Source of the DNA: Yuukianura sp. NJ FZ-2021
Lineage: Eukaryota
Direction: 5' to 3'
Length of the DNA: 64,000 nt
Assembly (NCBI GenBank): GCA_046563655.1
Contig: CM102285.1
Coordinates: 2,666,001-2,730,000 of the forward strand
Part shown: positions 26,673 through 39,906 of the stretch, piece after piece
Layout of the letters: the number at the start of each line of letters is the position of its first letter
Numbering within the stretch: the stretch's first letter is position 1
Translations under genes and position numbers: made by a program
Notes under the pieces: generated by a model
Told to the model about the DNA's origin: nothing
Databases searched by the model: none
Seen by the model: only the letters and a program-made list of their open reading frames with translations

Positions 26673-26976
26673 CCTAAGTTTACCAATTTTCGGTATAAAA
26701 TAAAATTATTTTCAAAGATTCGGCGATTTAAGCAGTTAATTTAGCAATCTGAATGAAGTTAAGAATAAACCACGCCTACTCTCGGGATGACGTCACCTTT
26801 TAAATTGTTTTACATGTTTTATCGTGGTAATCACGTTTTGAAATAGCAATCGTAAGGGACCTTACCTTATAGTGTTTTATTTGCCTTGTGAGCCGACGTT
26901 ATTTTTTTAACATTTTAAAATTCCCTGTTGCTATAAATGTAAGGTTTTTGGAATTACGGTTTAAGTGGTTACTTAC

Positions 26977-27367
26977 GTAGCTCGCTACTGGTTTGGAGCA
27001 ATTTGTTACTACAGCTGGTAATGGCTTTGCTTTTCAAGAGGACGACCAAGTGAAATACAACTACTTCTAGCATAATTAAACAGAAGACGAATGCCAAGAC
27101 TCGTTCATCAACATTATTCCGTTTGGATCTATGCCAGAAAACTTCTTATAATGGTGCTGTGAGCGCAAAAAATAAATTGATGCATAGTGAAGTAGTTGCA
27201 AAAATGCCAAATTTTCCGGACGATTCCATGGTAACGGTATGGACTACCCCAGTTTTAGGATTTGGTTTCCAAGTGAAGTAGTACGGGAGTACTCCAAGTG
27301 CTTCTCCTAAGTTGAACAGTTCCAATAACCGTAGAGTACGCGGATGAACTGGATTTTCTGATTTCAT
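26977..27367 (-). pseudogene. Exon 1 of a chemoreceptor-like gene with an in-frame stop; later exons not found
   Basis: MKSENPVHPR...LGVLPYYF...FALTAPL*EVFWHRSK...VLAFVFCLIMLEVVVFHLVVLLKSKAITSCSNKLLQTSSEL, then a phase-1 GTAAGT donor at 26976. This matches the exon-1 end architecture (N.LL..) of the other receptors. TAA at 27148-27146. Confidence 0.6.
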
Positions 27368-28635
27368 TTTATTTTGTTTTTGTGTTCTTATACTCTCAGT
27401 TTTAGTAACCAAATGTATTTAGTCACGTGTTGCCTTCTGTTTGAATTTTTTTTTGCTTTTTGATTAATTTATTCTTATTAAGGAAGAGAGAATTATAAGG
27501 AAATATTTTATTTTGTTGAATTTTGGCTGAAATAAGTTAAGGTTAAACACACTCGGGAAAGATCAAACGCAACACTAAAACTTCATGCATATGAGTGGAA
27601 CGTATTTTTTTCAAAACCAATTTCAAAAAGAATGTTATATTATCGCAAGATTAAAATTACTGATCCATACGAGTGAACATAGGAACAGTTTTTCATTGCC
27701 TGAAAGCGCATGAATTTTTCAAAACCAATTTCAAACCGAATGTTAATTATTTTTAAAATTGTATCTACATGCTTTTATTAACATTATAACATTACAGTAG
27801 GTTTTTACTCTTCCAACATTGTAAGAATATTTGCTGATGGATGATACTACTCGTTTTCCTTACCTCGGAGTCAAAAATGTATTTCTCAATACCACCTTTG
27901 AAAATGAAGTTGTAAGAAATGTTTTGCATAGTTTGTGTAGAATTCGGAGGGTTTACAGCCAACTTGTAAACTATTGATTAATATTTTCAACAACTGGAAC
28001 ATGGGTTTTTTTCACTCCAATATGCACTTAGTTTTTAAGTAGAAAGGAAAAGGCGTTCCTCTTATATCCTGTGTATTAACAAGTAAATGGAATCAATTTG
28101 AGTAAGATTATTGATACAACGATAATTACCAGTTTTAATATAACAAAAAGTAATAATTAGAATAAAATCGAACATAAAATAAACAAATGATAAAAATGTG
28201 CAACCAACATAGAATATTTTTGTATGTAAAGTATGGAAAACGATTGTCGAAGTTTGGTCGTTATACAAATAGATGATTAGTTTAGAAGGTATTTGAATCT
28301 ACAATCCCTCACCTAAATCGACTAAACTTCAATGTGAATTTGAATGATATACATGCAACTTACGTTAATATGAACTTTGTGAATAAGTAACATGTAATTA
28401 CCATACCATTTGGTTGTCTACATCACTAACGAAAGGTTTAACTTTACCTTCTTTTTTTTTTTGAATTTCTTCATTTTATTTCATCTTATTGACGCTCTAG
28501 TTTCTGGAGAGTGTAGATTTGTCAGTTTAGCTTGCTATTATTGTGCACAACTTTATATTAGTTCATGCTTGATTTTCATTGAAATGGCTTTTCTAACCCT
28601 TTGAGAACATCACGAGTTCATAATTTAAGCTGAAT

Positions 28636-30169
28636 TTACGTAGCTACTTGCCTCAACGTCAGCGTCAAGGAAATTGTGTAGTCGAGGACAGTTGCATCGA
28701 CATTAACTAGCGTCTGTTTGTCAATATAGTTGAGTGGACCACACCGTACGTAGCATGGCTTCAACGACCTCCACATCATAGCTTCCCTTCGAGTGCCTGT
28801 TAGTTGCCTTTGCACTTGAGATATGTAAGTAACCGACTTGGAGTAAATCATCGAGCCACCAGACAAAAATAAGTTTACCTCAGCAAACATGGATGAAGCA
28901 ATGACAAAAAGAATAACATTGATAACGGTGAATCCTAGGCTGAACAGGCATGAGTAACATACTACCGGTAGCAAGCTGCCAATGACCAATAAAGATGCTA
29001 TAGGTAATGCCATTATTTCACTAAACGCTACCAAAATTATATAAATTCTTTGGTGGCGTTGTGCTAAGGTGGTAGTTTGGCTTTGGTTGGATAAATTTTG
29101 AAATAATATAGGGTCGCTTAGCCAGTTGATGAAAGACTGTGCTGTTACATATGCAAGAATGAAAAAGTGGACGAACTTTTGCAGTAATAGATACCCTTGT
29201 ACCCACGTCAGTATAACTCCTACAACAGTACAAGAAATTGCCAGGTAGTCCGACAGCATAGGGTAGTAGCTGTATTCACCAAGAATACTTCCAAGGATGT
29301 ACTTGAACAACTCTGTCAAGTCTCTGCCCAACGCCACCGGAACGCCAATGTCAAAGCAAATACGCATTACCTCTCCCATTGTGCAGAACGTCTGTAGAGT
29401 TCGCATATTCAGTTTTTCTTCAGAGATGTAGAAAAAAGACTCTGAAAACGACGTTGCAATAGTGATTAGCATTATAATAGCACATGTGTTACATATATAC
29501 ATAGTTTTTTTTTATTGGTGTTCTCTACCAAACAAAAATTATCAGTGAAACTTCTGGAAACAGAATGTGTGGCAAAAGTTCTCGTGAAATGAAGTGTGAT
29601 GTGCGCCCAAGTATTGAAAATGCAGTTATCAAAGCCTTCTAGCTTTGTTTGGGCAACGTATGAACAATATAAAAAGCAGTACATCCCCTTAGATGCTTAC
29701 GCATTCTCGAACGTATTCCAATCTTTTGGAAGCTAATTTTTCTTGCTGTATATACCTAGGTAATAAAATATGTAAAAATATTACCTTTGTTGGAGGTCAG
29801 CACGGACATCATAAAGTTTACATGCTGCTGCAAGGCATTCTTGTGCCAAGTAGTGCTGGTATCAATCGCAATGTTTTCGCAAATCAGGAGAGCTCCTCCC
29901 ATTAATACAATTGTGAGTACTGGATTAAGGTTTGCAGCGTAGTTAGTGTATGCCATTGCGATCAAGCCAAATAGAGAAAAACAGTCCAGACAAAGTATAG
30001 CAGTAGATCTTCTTCTGTATTCCACTGAGTCATCCAGGTCAAATTTGTTGTCGTGAACATTCCATCGCAGAGGGTTTTGGTATGTTTCATTTGCGTTCAT
30101 AATACTGCGTTTCACCATGTCCACGGCACGTCCTCTACGACGTGGTTTAGCGAGCCGAGCTTTTTCCAT
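28636..30169 (-). CDS. Divergent 7TM chemoreceptor-like protein (copy H), ~396 aa, 2 exons
   Basis: Exons 30169-29785 and 29441-28636 (phase 1). C-terminus RSLKPCYVRCGPLNYIDKQTLVNVDATVLDYTISLTL. Paralog of 58878-60409. The start could instead be the later MVKRSIM. Confidence 0.75.
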
Positions 30170-30662
30170 TGCGAAATTACTGTGAAAATTGAAGTACTTC
30201 ATCGTTCAAAAGGATTTTGTGAACAGAATAAGTTCCTTATCGACTCTCAGAGCTTCTATACAATGTCGCCTTCTGTTTTATATGTAAGAAATAATTTTGA
30301 TAATTGGAAAGCTATTTTTTTATTTTAAAGTAGACTTTTTGCAGGGACGTTGGGCTGATGGTAGGTAACATGGACATAAGTCGATTGAGCTTGGGTGAAG
30401 CAGTATTTGTGTAGTTGCAAAATCCATCAACACCACCACTGTTTCTAAAGGTACTAAAACTTTAATAACTTCTTGAGTTCTTACAAGCCCATTACCCCAT
30501 TAGGACCTTTAGTTAATTCATAGTTATTGGAAATAGCCCTTATTTTGTAAAAAATGACATGAAAGGGGATGTAATCTAACTAATTATTAATTCAGTATCC
30601 TCGTTCCACAAAATATTCTTTAAATCGGAAATTGTCTTTTTGGGAAATTAGAAATTGATATA

Positions 30663-31307
30663 CCGAGTGGAAAATAAGTCCTGTCCAAGCCATGTATAAG
30701 AACGCGACGGAGTTTGGCGGAGTTTGGATGGCGGGAACCGAAAATTTGAACGGTTGACTTTCCGCTGAGGTGACAAAAGTGTTCACATCTGGTGTTGTTT
30801 ATTCTCATCCTTTCACTCATTCTTTTATTTGACTTTAGTTAATTGTTTTAACAATTAACGTCATTAATGAATCCTTTAAACCCTACTAGAGTGAGCTTTA
30901 GTGTGCAGCAGCGAGCCTTTATAGTCTAAACTTAGTACCTCACACACACACACAGATTGTAATTTTTAATCTTTAATCTATTAGGAGTACCGCATAACTA
31001 ATTGGCTTCATCAGTCCACACAATCCTGTGAGACAAAGACAAAGACCCCTAAGGCTCACTGCTGTATACTAAAGCTCACTCTAGTAGGGTTTAAAGGATT
31101 CATTAATGACGTTAATTGTTAAAACAATTAACTAAAGTCAAATAAAAGAATGAGTGAAAGGATGAGAATAAACAACACCAGATGTGAACACTTTTGTCAC
31201 CTCAGCGGAAAGTCAACCGTTCAAATTTTCGGTTCCCGCCATCCAAACTCCGCCAAACTCCGTCGCGTTCTTATACATGGCTTGGACAGGACTTATTTTC
31301 CACTCGG
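30663..31307. mobile_element. MITE with 240-bp terminal inverted repeats and TA target duplication (Tc1/mariner-like)
   Basis: 30663-30902 is the reverse complement of 31068-31307 (no mismatch found by eye); termini CCGAGTGG...CCACTCGG; TA at 30661-62 and 31308-09; ~165-bp spacer with a (CA)n run. Confidence 0.92.
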
Positions 31308-31720
31308 TATGCTTGGTTAGTAGTGAGGCCTTGAAGTCATTACATCCTGCATTAATTTAAATTGCCATCGTTGAAAATTGCCGTATCCATTATAGGATGG
31401 AATTTTTCAGTACTCTAGAAATTGCCAGTCTATACAAAACTAACCAAAAAATTGATGATACTAGAGGTAATGATGTCCTTCAAGACGACCAAAAGGGTGG
31501 ATTCATTAACAAATCCCACGTCAGAAATTGCAACTTGCACGGACTGAAAACTTTTCAGTTTCTTTTGTTCATATTTTGATACCTCGAAATTCCTTCCTGT
31601 TGCATATGCTGGTAAATAATTTCGGCAGAAGTTGAAGTTCTCGGCGCCAGTATCTTGGATGAATTTCAAAATTTGGATACAGTAGGCCCATGAGCAATGC
31701 GAGTGTAGTTGGGCAACCGC

Positions 31721-31808
31721 ACAATGTTTTGGAAAATTTCAATTTGTCATAAATAAGGAAGTTACACTTTAATGAATTTCTCAGCCTAATCGTAACGTTT
31801 TCCAAATG
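31721..31808 (+). repeat. Partial dispersed copy of the ~130-bp unit at 25984-26376
   Basis: TTTTGGAAAATTTCAATTTGTCATAAATAAGGAAGTTACACTTTAATGAATTTCTCAGCCTAATCGTAA nearly matches the junction between two units of the tandem array. Confidence 0.85.
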
Positions 31809-31956
31809 AAACTGAAATTCTATACTCAATACACAGCGATTTGAAACTTTTAAAGACAAAAATTCAGTAGTTACTGAATTTTTGTTACTCCTAAATAAGT
31901 TTGAGTTAGAAAAAACAACTTTAATGGACGTTACTACACATGCAGCCATTCTAATT

Positions 31957-33300
31957 TTACGAAGCCTGAATGACGTTTATAACACCGTTCTCTCCTGCCG
32001 TGTAAAGTATAGATCCACAAGCGTCGGGTTTCAAGCTGAGAGTGTTGATGCATCCGGTGACCTCAACTACGCCAATTTGTTGCGACGTGTTGACGTCCCA
32101 TGCGATGACTTTTTTATCCCAACCGCCACTGTACAACCGATTTGCAGTTCCTGTTATTGAATTGACGATGAGTTCATGGCCCTGCATCCGAAAAAAAAAA
32201 GATTTAAATGACTTAAAATAGTTGTCATAGACGATAAAATTATAATGCATCTAAGATTAGATTGTAAAGAATTTTTGAAAAAGTTACATGAAATTTTTCA
32301 AACTTTGGAGACTGTGATTTGAAGTCAGTGGCGACCATGACGCCCATTCCATTTCGGTCAACGCAACAAAGTTTGTCATCTATAAGGCATAACGGCGGTC
32401 TTCCCGGAATAACTTTCTTTGTGCAGCAGCGGTACAATTCTAAAAAAAAAAAAATTAAATCATCAAAATTTCAAAAAGTCAAAGTGACGAAATTGCAATT
32501 TACAATGCTTTTATTCACCTCTGTTGGAATCCATAAGTTCGTGTACTACGATATCTCCTGTTCGAACTGTAATTAAAGTGGTATCAATTGCAATCATGTC
32601 CCAAACCTCTTCTAGCACATCGAAATTTGCAATGCACCGTCCGCTTTCCCACATCTTGATCTAAAACGCAAAAGAAAGTCAATTTTTTTTGTTCATAAAA
32701 TATTTTGAGACTAAATCTCAAATGTGTAAAGTGACGCACCAAGCGTGCGCATTTGGAACAAACGTTCCATGAAATTCGATAAAATTAAACTTCCCTTGCC
32801 AGTTTCATCTCCAGAAAGAAGTCGATTTCCAGACACGGCAAGTCTCCGAACCGTTGAGTCTCCGTGACCTTCTAGTGTATTGACCTTGACCCACTCTCCT
32901 GACTCGCATGCCCACTCAAATATGTATCCATCAGATGAACAAGTGAACAGGCGTTTGTTAACTTCATCCACAGTCATGTGATACACTGGGTATTCTTCAT
33001 GTGGCTTAAATTCGTTCAGAAGTTGCAGTTCCGGGGTCCATGTCTATTGAAATTAAATTTCAGTATTTCCAGTATTATTAATTTCATTGTATGCGAATCA
33101 GATTGGCACTCAAAAATGTCATTAATTCATTACACTAATGCAATTTTTGGCGCCCATGAGTGTAATACGTTTTAAATTAAAGACAATTTTACCTTAATAG
33201 ATCCTCCAGAATCAGAACTGATGAGATTTCCTTCAAACCAAGCTAAATGCTCAATATCGGTTCCTGTGCTGTCTGATTTTGTGAGTAATTTTAGAACCAT
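31957..33300 (-). CDS. WD40-repeat protein, ~291 aa, 5 exons (intron 2 needs a non-canonical GG donor)
   Basis: Exons 33300-33193, 33043-32795, 32660-32519, 32439-32288, 32181-31957. WD repeats: SSDSGGSIKTW, LFTCSSDGYIFEW, LEGH..LLSGDETGKIKMW, GHELIVNS..LYSGGWDKKVIAWD. Confidence 0.82.
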
Positions 33301-33692
33301 TTTTGGAAATTTTCGAAAATGACTAAAATTAAAAAAAAAATAGAACTGTTAGAAAATAGAAAAAATTCACATCTTCTAAGCAGAACTGAATCGCGAACTT
33401 TCTGGAAAGCACACAACACCGATGTTTGGCAGGATTCGCGAAAAGGCAGCTAAAAACAAAAATCTTGAATTCTAAAAATAACATTTTGTTTTTAGAAAAG
33501 AAATTCGTCAAAAGGCGTCCGCCTACGACCGTGCTATTCTTAAGGCAGCGCAACCATGCGTACAGAGTTGTTCAAAATTTTGAAATAACCTAAATACAAA
33601 TATATTAATATCAAGTAATAGTCTAAAAAATTAAAATAAATAAACTGTATATTTATTTGAGATGTCTTTTCATAAAATGGTTCGTGATTATG

Positions 33693-36440
33693 TCAAGAAG
33701 GCTTGCAGTAACAGAGTCTTTCTAGGAACGCATCTCGAACACAGCTGACGTCTGTTGAAATTTTGTTCAAACGTTGAATTGCAGAGTAGATTCGATAAGT
33801 TCCCGAGCCTTCAGGATCTCCTTTCCTTGCATAGAACCTAACAGTAGCCTCGAACATGAACTCACCCGGGTTAGTTTTAAACGCTACAACAAACGTTTTG
33901 ACAAGGTCAGTGTCTTCACCAGTTTGGATTTGAGCTCCAGCGTCCACGTTGAGTAGTTTGAATTGAGCGCATTGAGTTGGTACTTGTGAATTAATTTCAG
34001 TAATTGCTTCTTCTGCAGCAGGCTGTAGATGGGTGTCATTGACAGGGAGGCGTTTGGGCACATAGCAGGCGCAGTAGGTCGAAATGATTCCAACTTGTGA
34101 GCACTTCCTATCCAACGGTACTTGAGTAAAAAGTGACTGGCCGTATCGTCGTTGAATTTCTTTCTTCGTGTTTCTGTCTCGAAGGGGCGGGGTTTGTGGT
34201 ACTTGACTAAATTCATCCAAGACTTGAGTGAGTGTCCAGAATAAATCGTAAGGTGATGTCAATCTCCTAAGCAAAGGAAAATTATTTCATTGAGTTTGGC
34301 AGGAAACAAAACTGAAACATAGTCGTTTACGTACCGAGAATTCACTCGGAGTGAGTTAAGCCAGTGCGGATGTGACCTCCGAATGGACGGAGGCAGGTAT
34401 ATCCAGAGATTTGGCAGTTTATCCTCATACCATCCAGCGAATGTTTGTCGAATGGAACCAAAGCGGTAGCCGTGATCGGACATGAACAGCATGATAGTAT
34501 TGGTGAGGTTAAGATTACGCAAAAAGTCAGCATGCGTTTCATCACCGTATTTCGCACTCATCGGGTTTCCATGTGCAAGATTCGTCTCCCAGGATAAAGA
34601 AAAGTACGGAACGGTTGTCTCCTTGACACTTCTGGCGGTGGTGATAACATCGCCGACGTAGCGTAGCAAGACTTGATCTACTGTATTAGGCCCCAAGCAC
34701 GGGATCTCGAAGTACTGAAAATTCAAAAGAGAATGAGCTTAATTAAGCGAAAAGACGGTTTTAAGAGTATCAGCTGATTCTATGTTCTCCACATTAATGT
34801 TCATTGCGTGTTGAAAAAAGTGTGTTTCGTTCCGGTATTAGTTTTTACCCGACTAGGTATGCGCTCGTGGACAGAAACCATAAATGGCCTGAAATATTCC
34901 AAACACATTCAGCATAAACATCACAACTTTACACCAAGCTTTAAGCTTTCTAGTTTTATACTTAAGCCTACGGGAAGTTGTACTTACCGTAAGTAAAAAT
35001 CAGTGGGTTCCATAACAAATCCCGTTTTGATATAATTGAACGCCGCTAGTCTTGGCGAATCCTCGACTAAGGACGTGAGATATTTAGCTTGGGAAAATCT
35101 GCTCCATATGTAGTAATGATTACATTCGTCTTGGCTGACTTCATTTCTCAAAAGGCAAGAACTTCGTATCTCGTCTTCGGAGTAACCAGAAAGCAATACC
35201 AGCAAATTCGGAAATGTGTTCTCACCGACTAGACAAAAGTTAGAAGTTAAACTCGCTTTGTCACACCATGTGAAATAAAGTTTATACCCTTTGTGTGTCC
35301 CAACATTTCCACTGCTCCGAGGTCTTCGAGAACTTTGCGTGTGCGAGGCATCGTTCGATGAAAACTATTTCGAGACATGGAATCTGTAAACGTTTGATCA
35401 ATGAAACATTTTAGTCCGAACAAACGTTGAACTAGCTGTACGTGTCTTACCAATTCCAACAATGAGCACATTTGGTGGCCTCACTTGAGGGGATGTTTTC
35501 CAATGCGTCACCTTTTCTGTAACTTTAGGTGTTTCTGGGAGTAAAGCCAGGGGGTGAAACCGGCGATACAGAATGTCTGATGACAAGAGCCAATACTTGG
35601 CCTTGCAATGAACACGTATAAACCGTTCTCTCATTTCTGTAATTTTCTCTGTGAGAGCCGTGCATTCCGAAGAGTACCTTAAGAATAAATATAGTTACTA
35701 CCGACAAGACGATACAAGCATTGTCAAGTAATCAATATCTCGTTGGCGTTACTTAATGATTTGACGTTTATTTCAGTGTGTTACCTACCTCACGGTAGAG
35801 TCTGCGTTTATGTCATACTTATCAATGGTTTGACTCATGCGATGAATTGTATAGTAGCAGCAGGAGATGGACGAAGGGGAGTAACCCGACTGCAGCATTG
35901 CAGTTTCGTTTATGAATAGATGCTGAAACAAAGGAAATAAGATTAACACGTCACAACTCGATTCGTCGATTACAATAAAATTACGCGAAATCATACAGAA
36001 TTATTTGTATACGTCCATAACCGCGGTTCTATGGCGACACAGTCAGGGGGAACAATGTCTTCTTCCAGGAGTACTGGCATTATGGATTCATCCCAGGCAG
36101 TCAAGTTGAGTATTGAGCAAGAAGGAGTGTGAATAAGGTATCCTAGGCCGACCATATCTTCCGAACTAAGGAAATCTAACGTCAAATGTATACTGATTAA
36201 TAAAACGCACGACACTGACTTAAAACACATTTATAGTAAAGTGTGACATGAATTACAGTTATGGCTGAACACGGTGGGCGGTGCTGGTGGATTGTAGTAT
36301 CGTATCGTCAGGATGGTGAGTTGAATGCAGTAGAGCCCGAGGCTAAGCAAACAGAAGATGAAGCAGAACGAAAAACAGAACCTCCGGCCCCGCGTTCTTT
36401 TCAAAAAAGTCAGGCGAGTGATGTCTTCCATTCGAATCAT
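33693..36440 (-). CDS. DUF229 family (alkaline-phosphatase/sulfatase-like) type II membrane protein, ~684 aa, 9 exons
   Basis: Exons 36440-36257, 36175-35997, 35922-35789, 35677-35451, 35383-35288, 35228-34988, 34888-34849, 34714-34335, 34266-33693, all GT-AG and in frame. Motifs PNVLIVGIDSMSR, KVGENTFPNL, FNYIKTGF..PTDFYLRPF, MSDHGYRFG, RLTSPYDL, GQSLF; N-terminal TM. Confidence 0.9.
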
Positions 36441-39400
36441 TCTGCAAAGAACAAAGAAAAAAGTTACTACCGCCAATAGCCTTATATATTATATTACTAT
36501 GTAGTGAAGAGGAAGCCTTAACAAGTGCTTAACAAGAAGCTTAATTACACTACGGTCGAGTCAATTCGTGAAAAGTTAAATAACTGAAAAGGCTAAAAAA
36601 AAACAAACCACATTGAGGTCTTTATGTCTTTAACCTTCTTGTTTGAGAGTCCCGAATTTTCGAGCACCAACACTCCCCGGGCATTATTCAAAATTCCCAC
36701 TCTCCGCTCCTCTCACTCTCGCTTTGATTCGCTGAATCAACTCAGGAACTCCCTCTGATTGGCTAGCAAAATGCAAAAGCAACGTTCGGGGTTAGCGGGA
36801 AGTTGTTAACTGGATTACCATTAACTCGATTATCAACCATGTTTAAAAACAGATCGATTCCCCTGAATAAACTTCAGTTTATTTTAAAATAATAGTTTAT
36901 CTTTAATTTTTTTTTCAAAACTAAATTCTATTTTCTAAGAACCAATGACAGACTTGAGCCGAGAATGTTATCTTGCAATTGGGCTATTCGGAATAGATTT
37001 CGTTCTCTTCTAAGCGTCGATACTTTCACAAGTCTTGTTTCCACCGATTTCTTGCTTCAAGTTGACTAAAAAAAGCGGCTGCGGCTGATGTGCTCTCTAT
37101 TGAGTTCATTTCGGAATTATTTCATGGTCTTAAGTTATAAACATAAACAAACAAATGAATGTTTACTTTAAGCAGGTTCCTTGACACTCGAATCGGGCTA
37201 TTTTTTGCAGCCGGGTGTCGTATTAGTCGTAAACTTGGAATTTTTCAAAGCACCCGCGATGATAATTTAATATTCCTGAATGACTAAACACGACAAATAA
37301 AATCTAATACAAGACATGGCATGACAGAATATGACTCATCTTAACAAATTTTAAATTGTGACTTTAATAATTTTAATTTTTTTTATACACATTCTTTCCC
37401 CTTACTCTACCTAATGCTTTAAAAATTTCAATCTTTAACTTACGCAATGCTTACTTAATCATAATAGTATTAACTTACATTGAGAAACCATGTGATTAAT
37501 TACTTGCCACAAATAAATCAAATAAAAATCCATGACTGCATACGTACATATAATATGTATAGGTAGTTGCTAATCATGATTTGCTAGGGTTTTCTATTTT
37601 AAATTGCCTTTTCTATACAGGAAAAGGCGTTACGGATAACTGTGAAAATTCTAAAATTCGAACTTTAACACTCCATATTTCAAGGAGAAGAAAGCGAATT
37701 TCGAATTTACTCAAAAGCGAAAGAGACTTCCGGTGTAGTACAAAGTATCAAAGTTAGTTTTTCCTGCCTGAAATTACCGCGATTTACAGCAATAATTTTA
37801 TTCGTAAAATTTAAAATTACGACAAAAACCTTGAAAGTCATTTTTCGACACTAAATAAACAATATTTTTCTCCTGGAAGTAGCGGTTATGTTATGTTTGT
37901 TAATCCTCGTAGAAATATGGTTTAGGGGGTAGAAATAGAAATTCTACGTTCCAGGAAACGTTATAGAGGTCTTGGATTTAGAACCCCTTTAACCGCACCC
38001 ATATATATGTAATCACATTGGTTGGAATCCAGAAAGTCATTTAGGGAACTTTTCGTGTTTTCTAGCCAAAAAACAATTTTTATAGTCCTAAAAAATAGTC
38101 TTTTTTGATATAACTACAATAACGCATTCCAGTTCTTCCTAACTGTTTCTTTAAGTAGTGATGACGCTAAACAGCTTTTGCATGGGTTTAAGTGATATGC
38201 ATGTCTACTGAAATCAATACTCTCAATTCCAGCGATTTAGCCATTTGAATTATTCTGTTTCCTTTTTTTCAAAATCCACTTCTGCGCAATGTTTTTCAAA
38301 AACTTCTACTTTTAAATTCCACTGAAAGTGAATCGATATTGTAAAATACGAATCAAATGCATTTATCTAGAAATCATTTATCAGATCTACATTTGGCAAA
38401 GTACAGCGTCTGCCTTTCTAGGAGCAATTTTGACCGGAAGTTCTACACACCAATTCGGGAGTCGCCAAATTATGGCAACGGCTAATAACAATTTTTTTCA
38501 ACATTTCAAAATTTTTTTCAAAATTTTTTCATTTAGTTCGATAGCAATTAAGGACGCAACTTGTAACGCTATCGTTGATAAAACGTCTTACCTGAAAATT
38601 TTGTGGCGTAGTGTGTGCTGAAAGAATGTTAATCCTGAGGACAATTTCAAATTTTCGAAATTTGAATTATCGTTGACCAGCACATGGTTTTTCGTTGAGA
38701 TAACTGAGACAGTGCGCGGAGGAACATTGAGCAACAAAATTTTAGTCACGTTAGCTTTGGTTAGTGTAGGGCTTGTATTGACTATTGACTTTTATTTGAA
38801 ATCTGCCCATTGCGTGATGACGGGAGACACACGAAGAGTACTCCTTTTGTATTGAAATGGGAGAATACTGGACACGATAAGACTTTCTCCGGTGGTTATG
38901 TTCAGTTGTGTAGTTCAAATAAGACTGCTGGAACAACAAGCCACTAGTCAGCCGATGAAACATCGAACCCCAACAGGATAATGACTAATTCAGTGATTTC
39001 CTTATACATGTGATTTCCAATTTGAGTCATTTTACTTTTTACAAATTGAAAGTTGTTGAGCTGTGGACTCCAGTCCTGGAGATTCCACAATTTATTTTTA
39101 GCTTTTTCAATTTTTCTAATAAATCCAAATAACTCCCGATTTCAATAATTTTTAAATGAGGAAAGAAAAATACAATATTTGCAATGCGTTTTGACATAGT
39201 TTCAAATTCATAATTTTTAAATTCTGTTGTAAGTACAGGTGTTATTATTAAAAATTATTGTATTAAAAAAGGTTCAAGAGTTATTTACGTATGCAGTTAG
39301 GTGCATTATTGCAGTTAATTTTCATGATACGTTCCACGCCACTATTTCTACATAGTTTTAGTATTTAGTTTTTATCGATAGGGGAAAAACTTCAAACTAT

Positions 39401-39906
39401 CAGACGAAACGACGAGCGATTCGCAGAAATGGCCTTCTATTTCTCAAAATTAAGGCATTATCTTTTAAAGAAACCAACATAAACTTAATTAAGCATAAGT
39501 TGATTAGGATGAACGGAGTATTTTTTAATCAATGGGGGGAAAATATTTTAATTATTTAGGAAATCTGCAGGAATGCATATCACAATCCCGAATATATAAC
39601 CTTTAAACGAAATAAGAGACCACCAGGTTCAATTTTATTAGAAAGTTATTCAGAGCTTAGATATTAAAAGAAACGCGTCAGAGTTCATTTTTGTTTCTGT
39701 GAATTCTACGGTCACTAGCTTTTAATCTGCGAAATAAACAATGTAAATATTTAAAACACTTTGGTATATTCCAATCAAACTGTAGATCGATATTCAATCT
39801 TTAGTCCCGATAGATCAATCCGAACTATGATTGCATAAATTGACGAAACATTCAGCAAAGTTTGAATCTTGTTCTAACATCATTTGAAGCAAACCTTGAG
39901 ACAATA

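Noticed and set aside
30592..30820. ORFs overlapping the long inverted repeat
   Set aside because: No transposase motifs; they cross the element boundary.
39373..39380. TATCGATA (DRE-like) ~530 bp upstream of receptor D
   Set aside because: A single AT-rich 8-mer is expected by chance in 64 kb; no TSS evidence.
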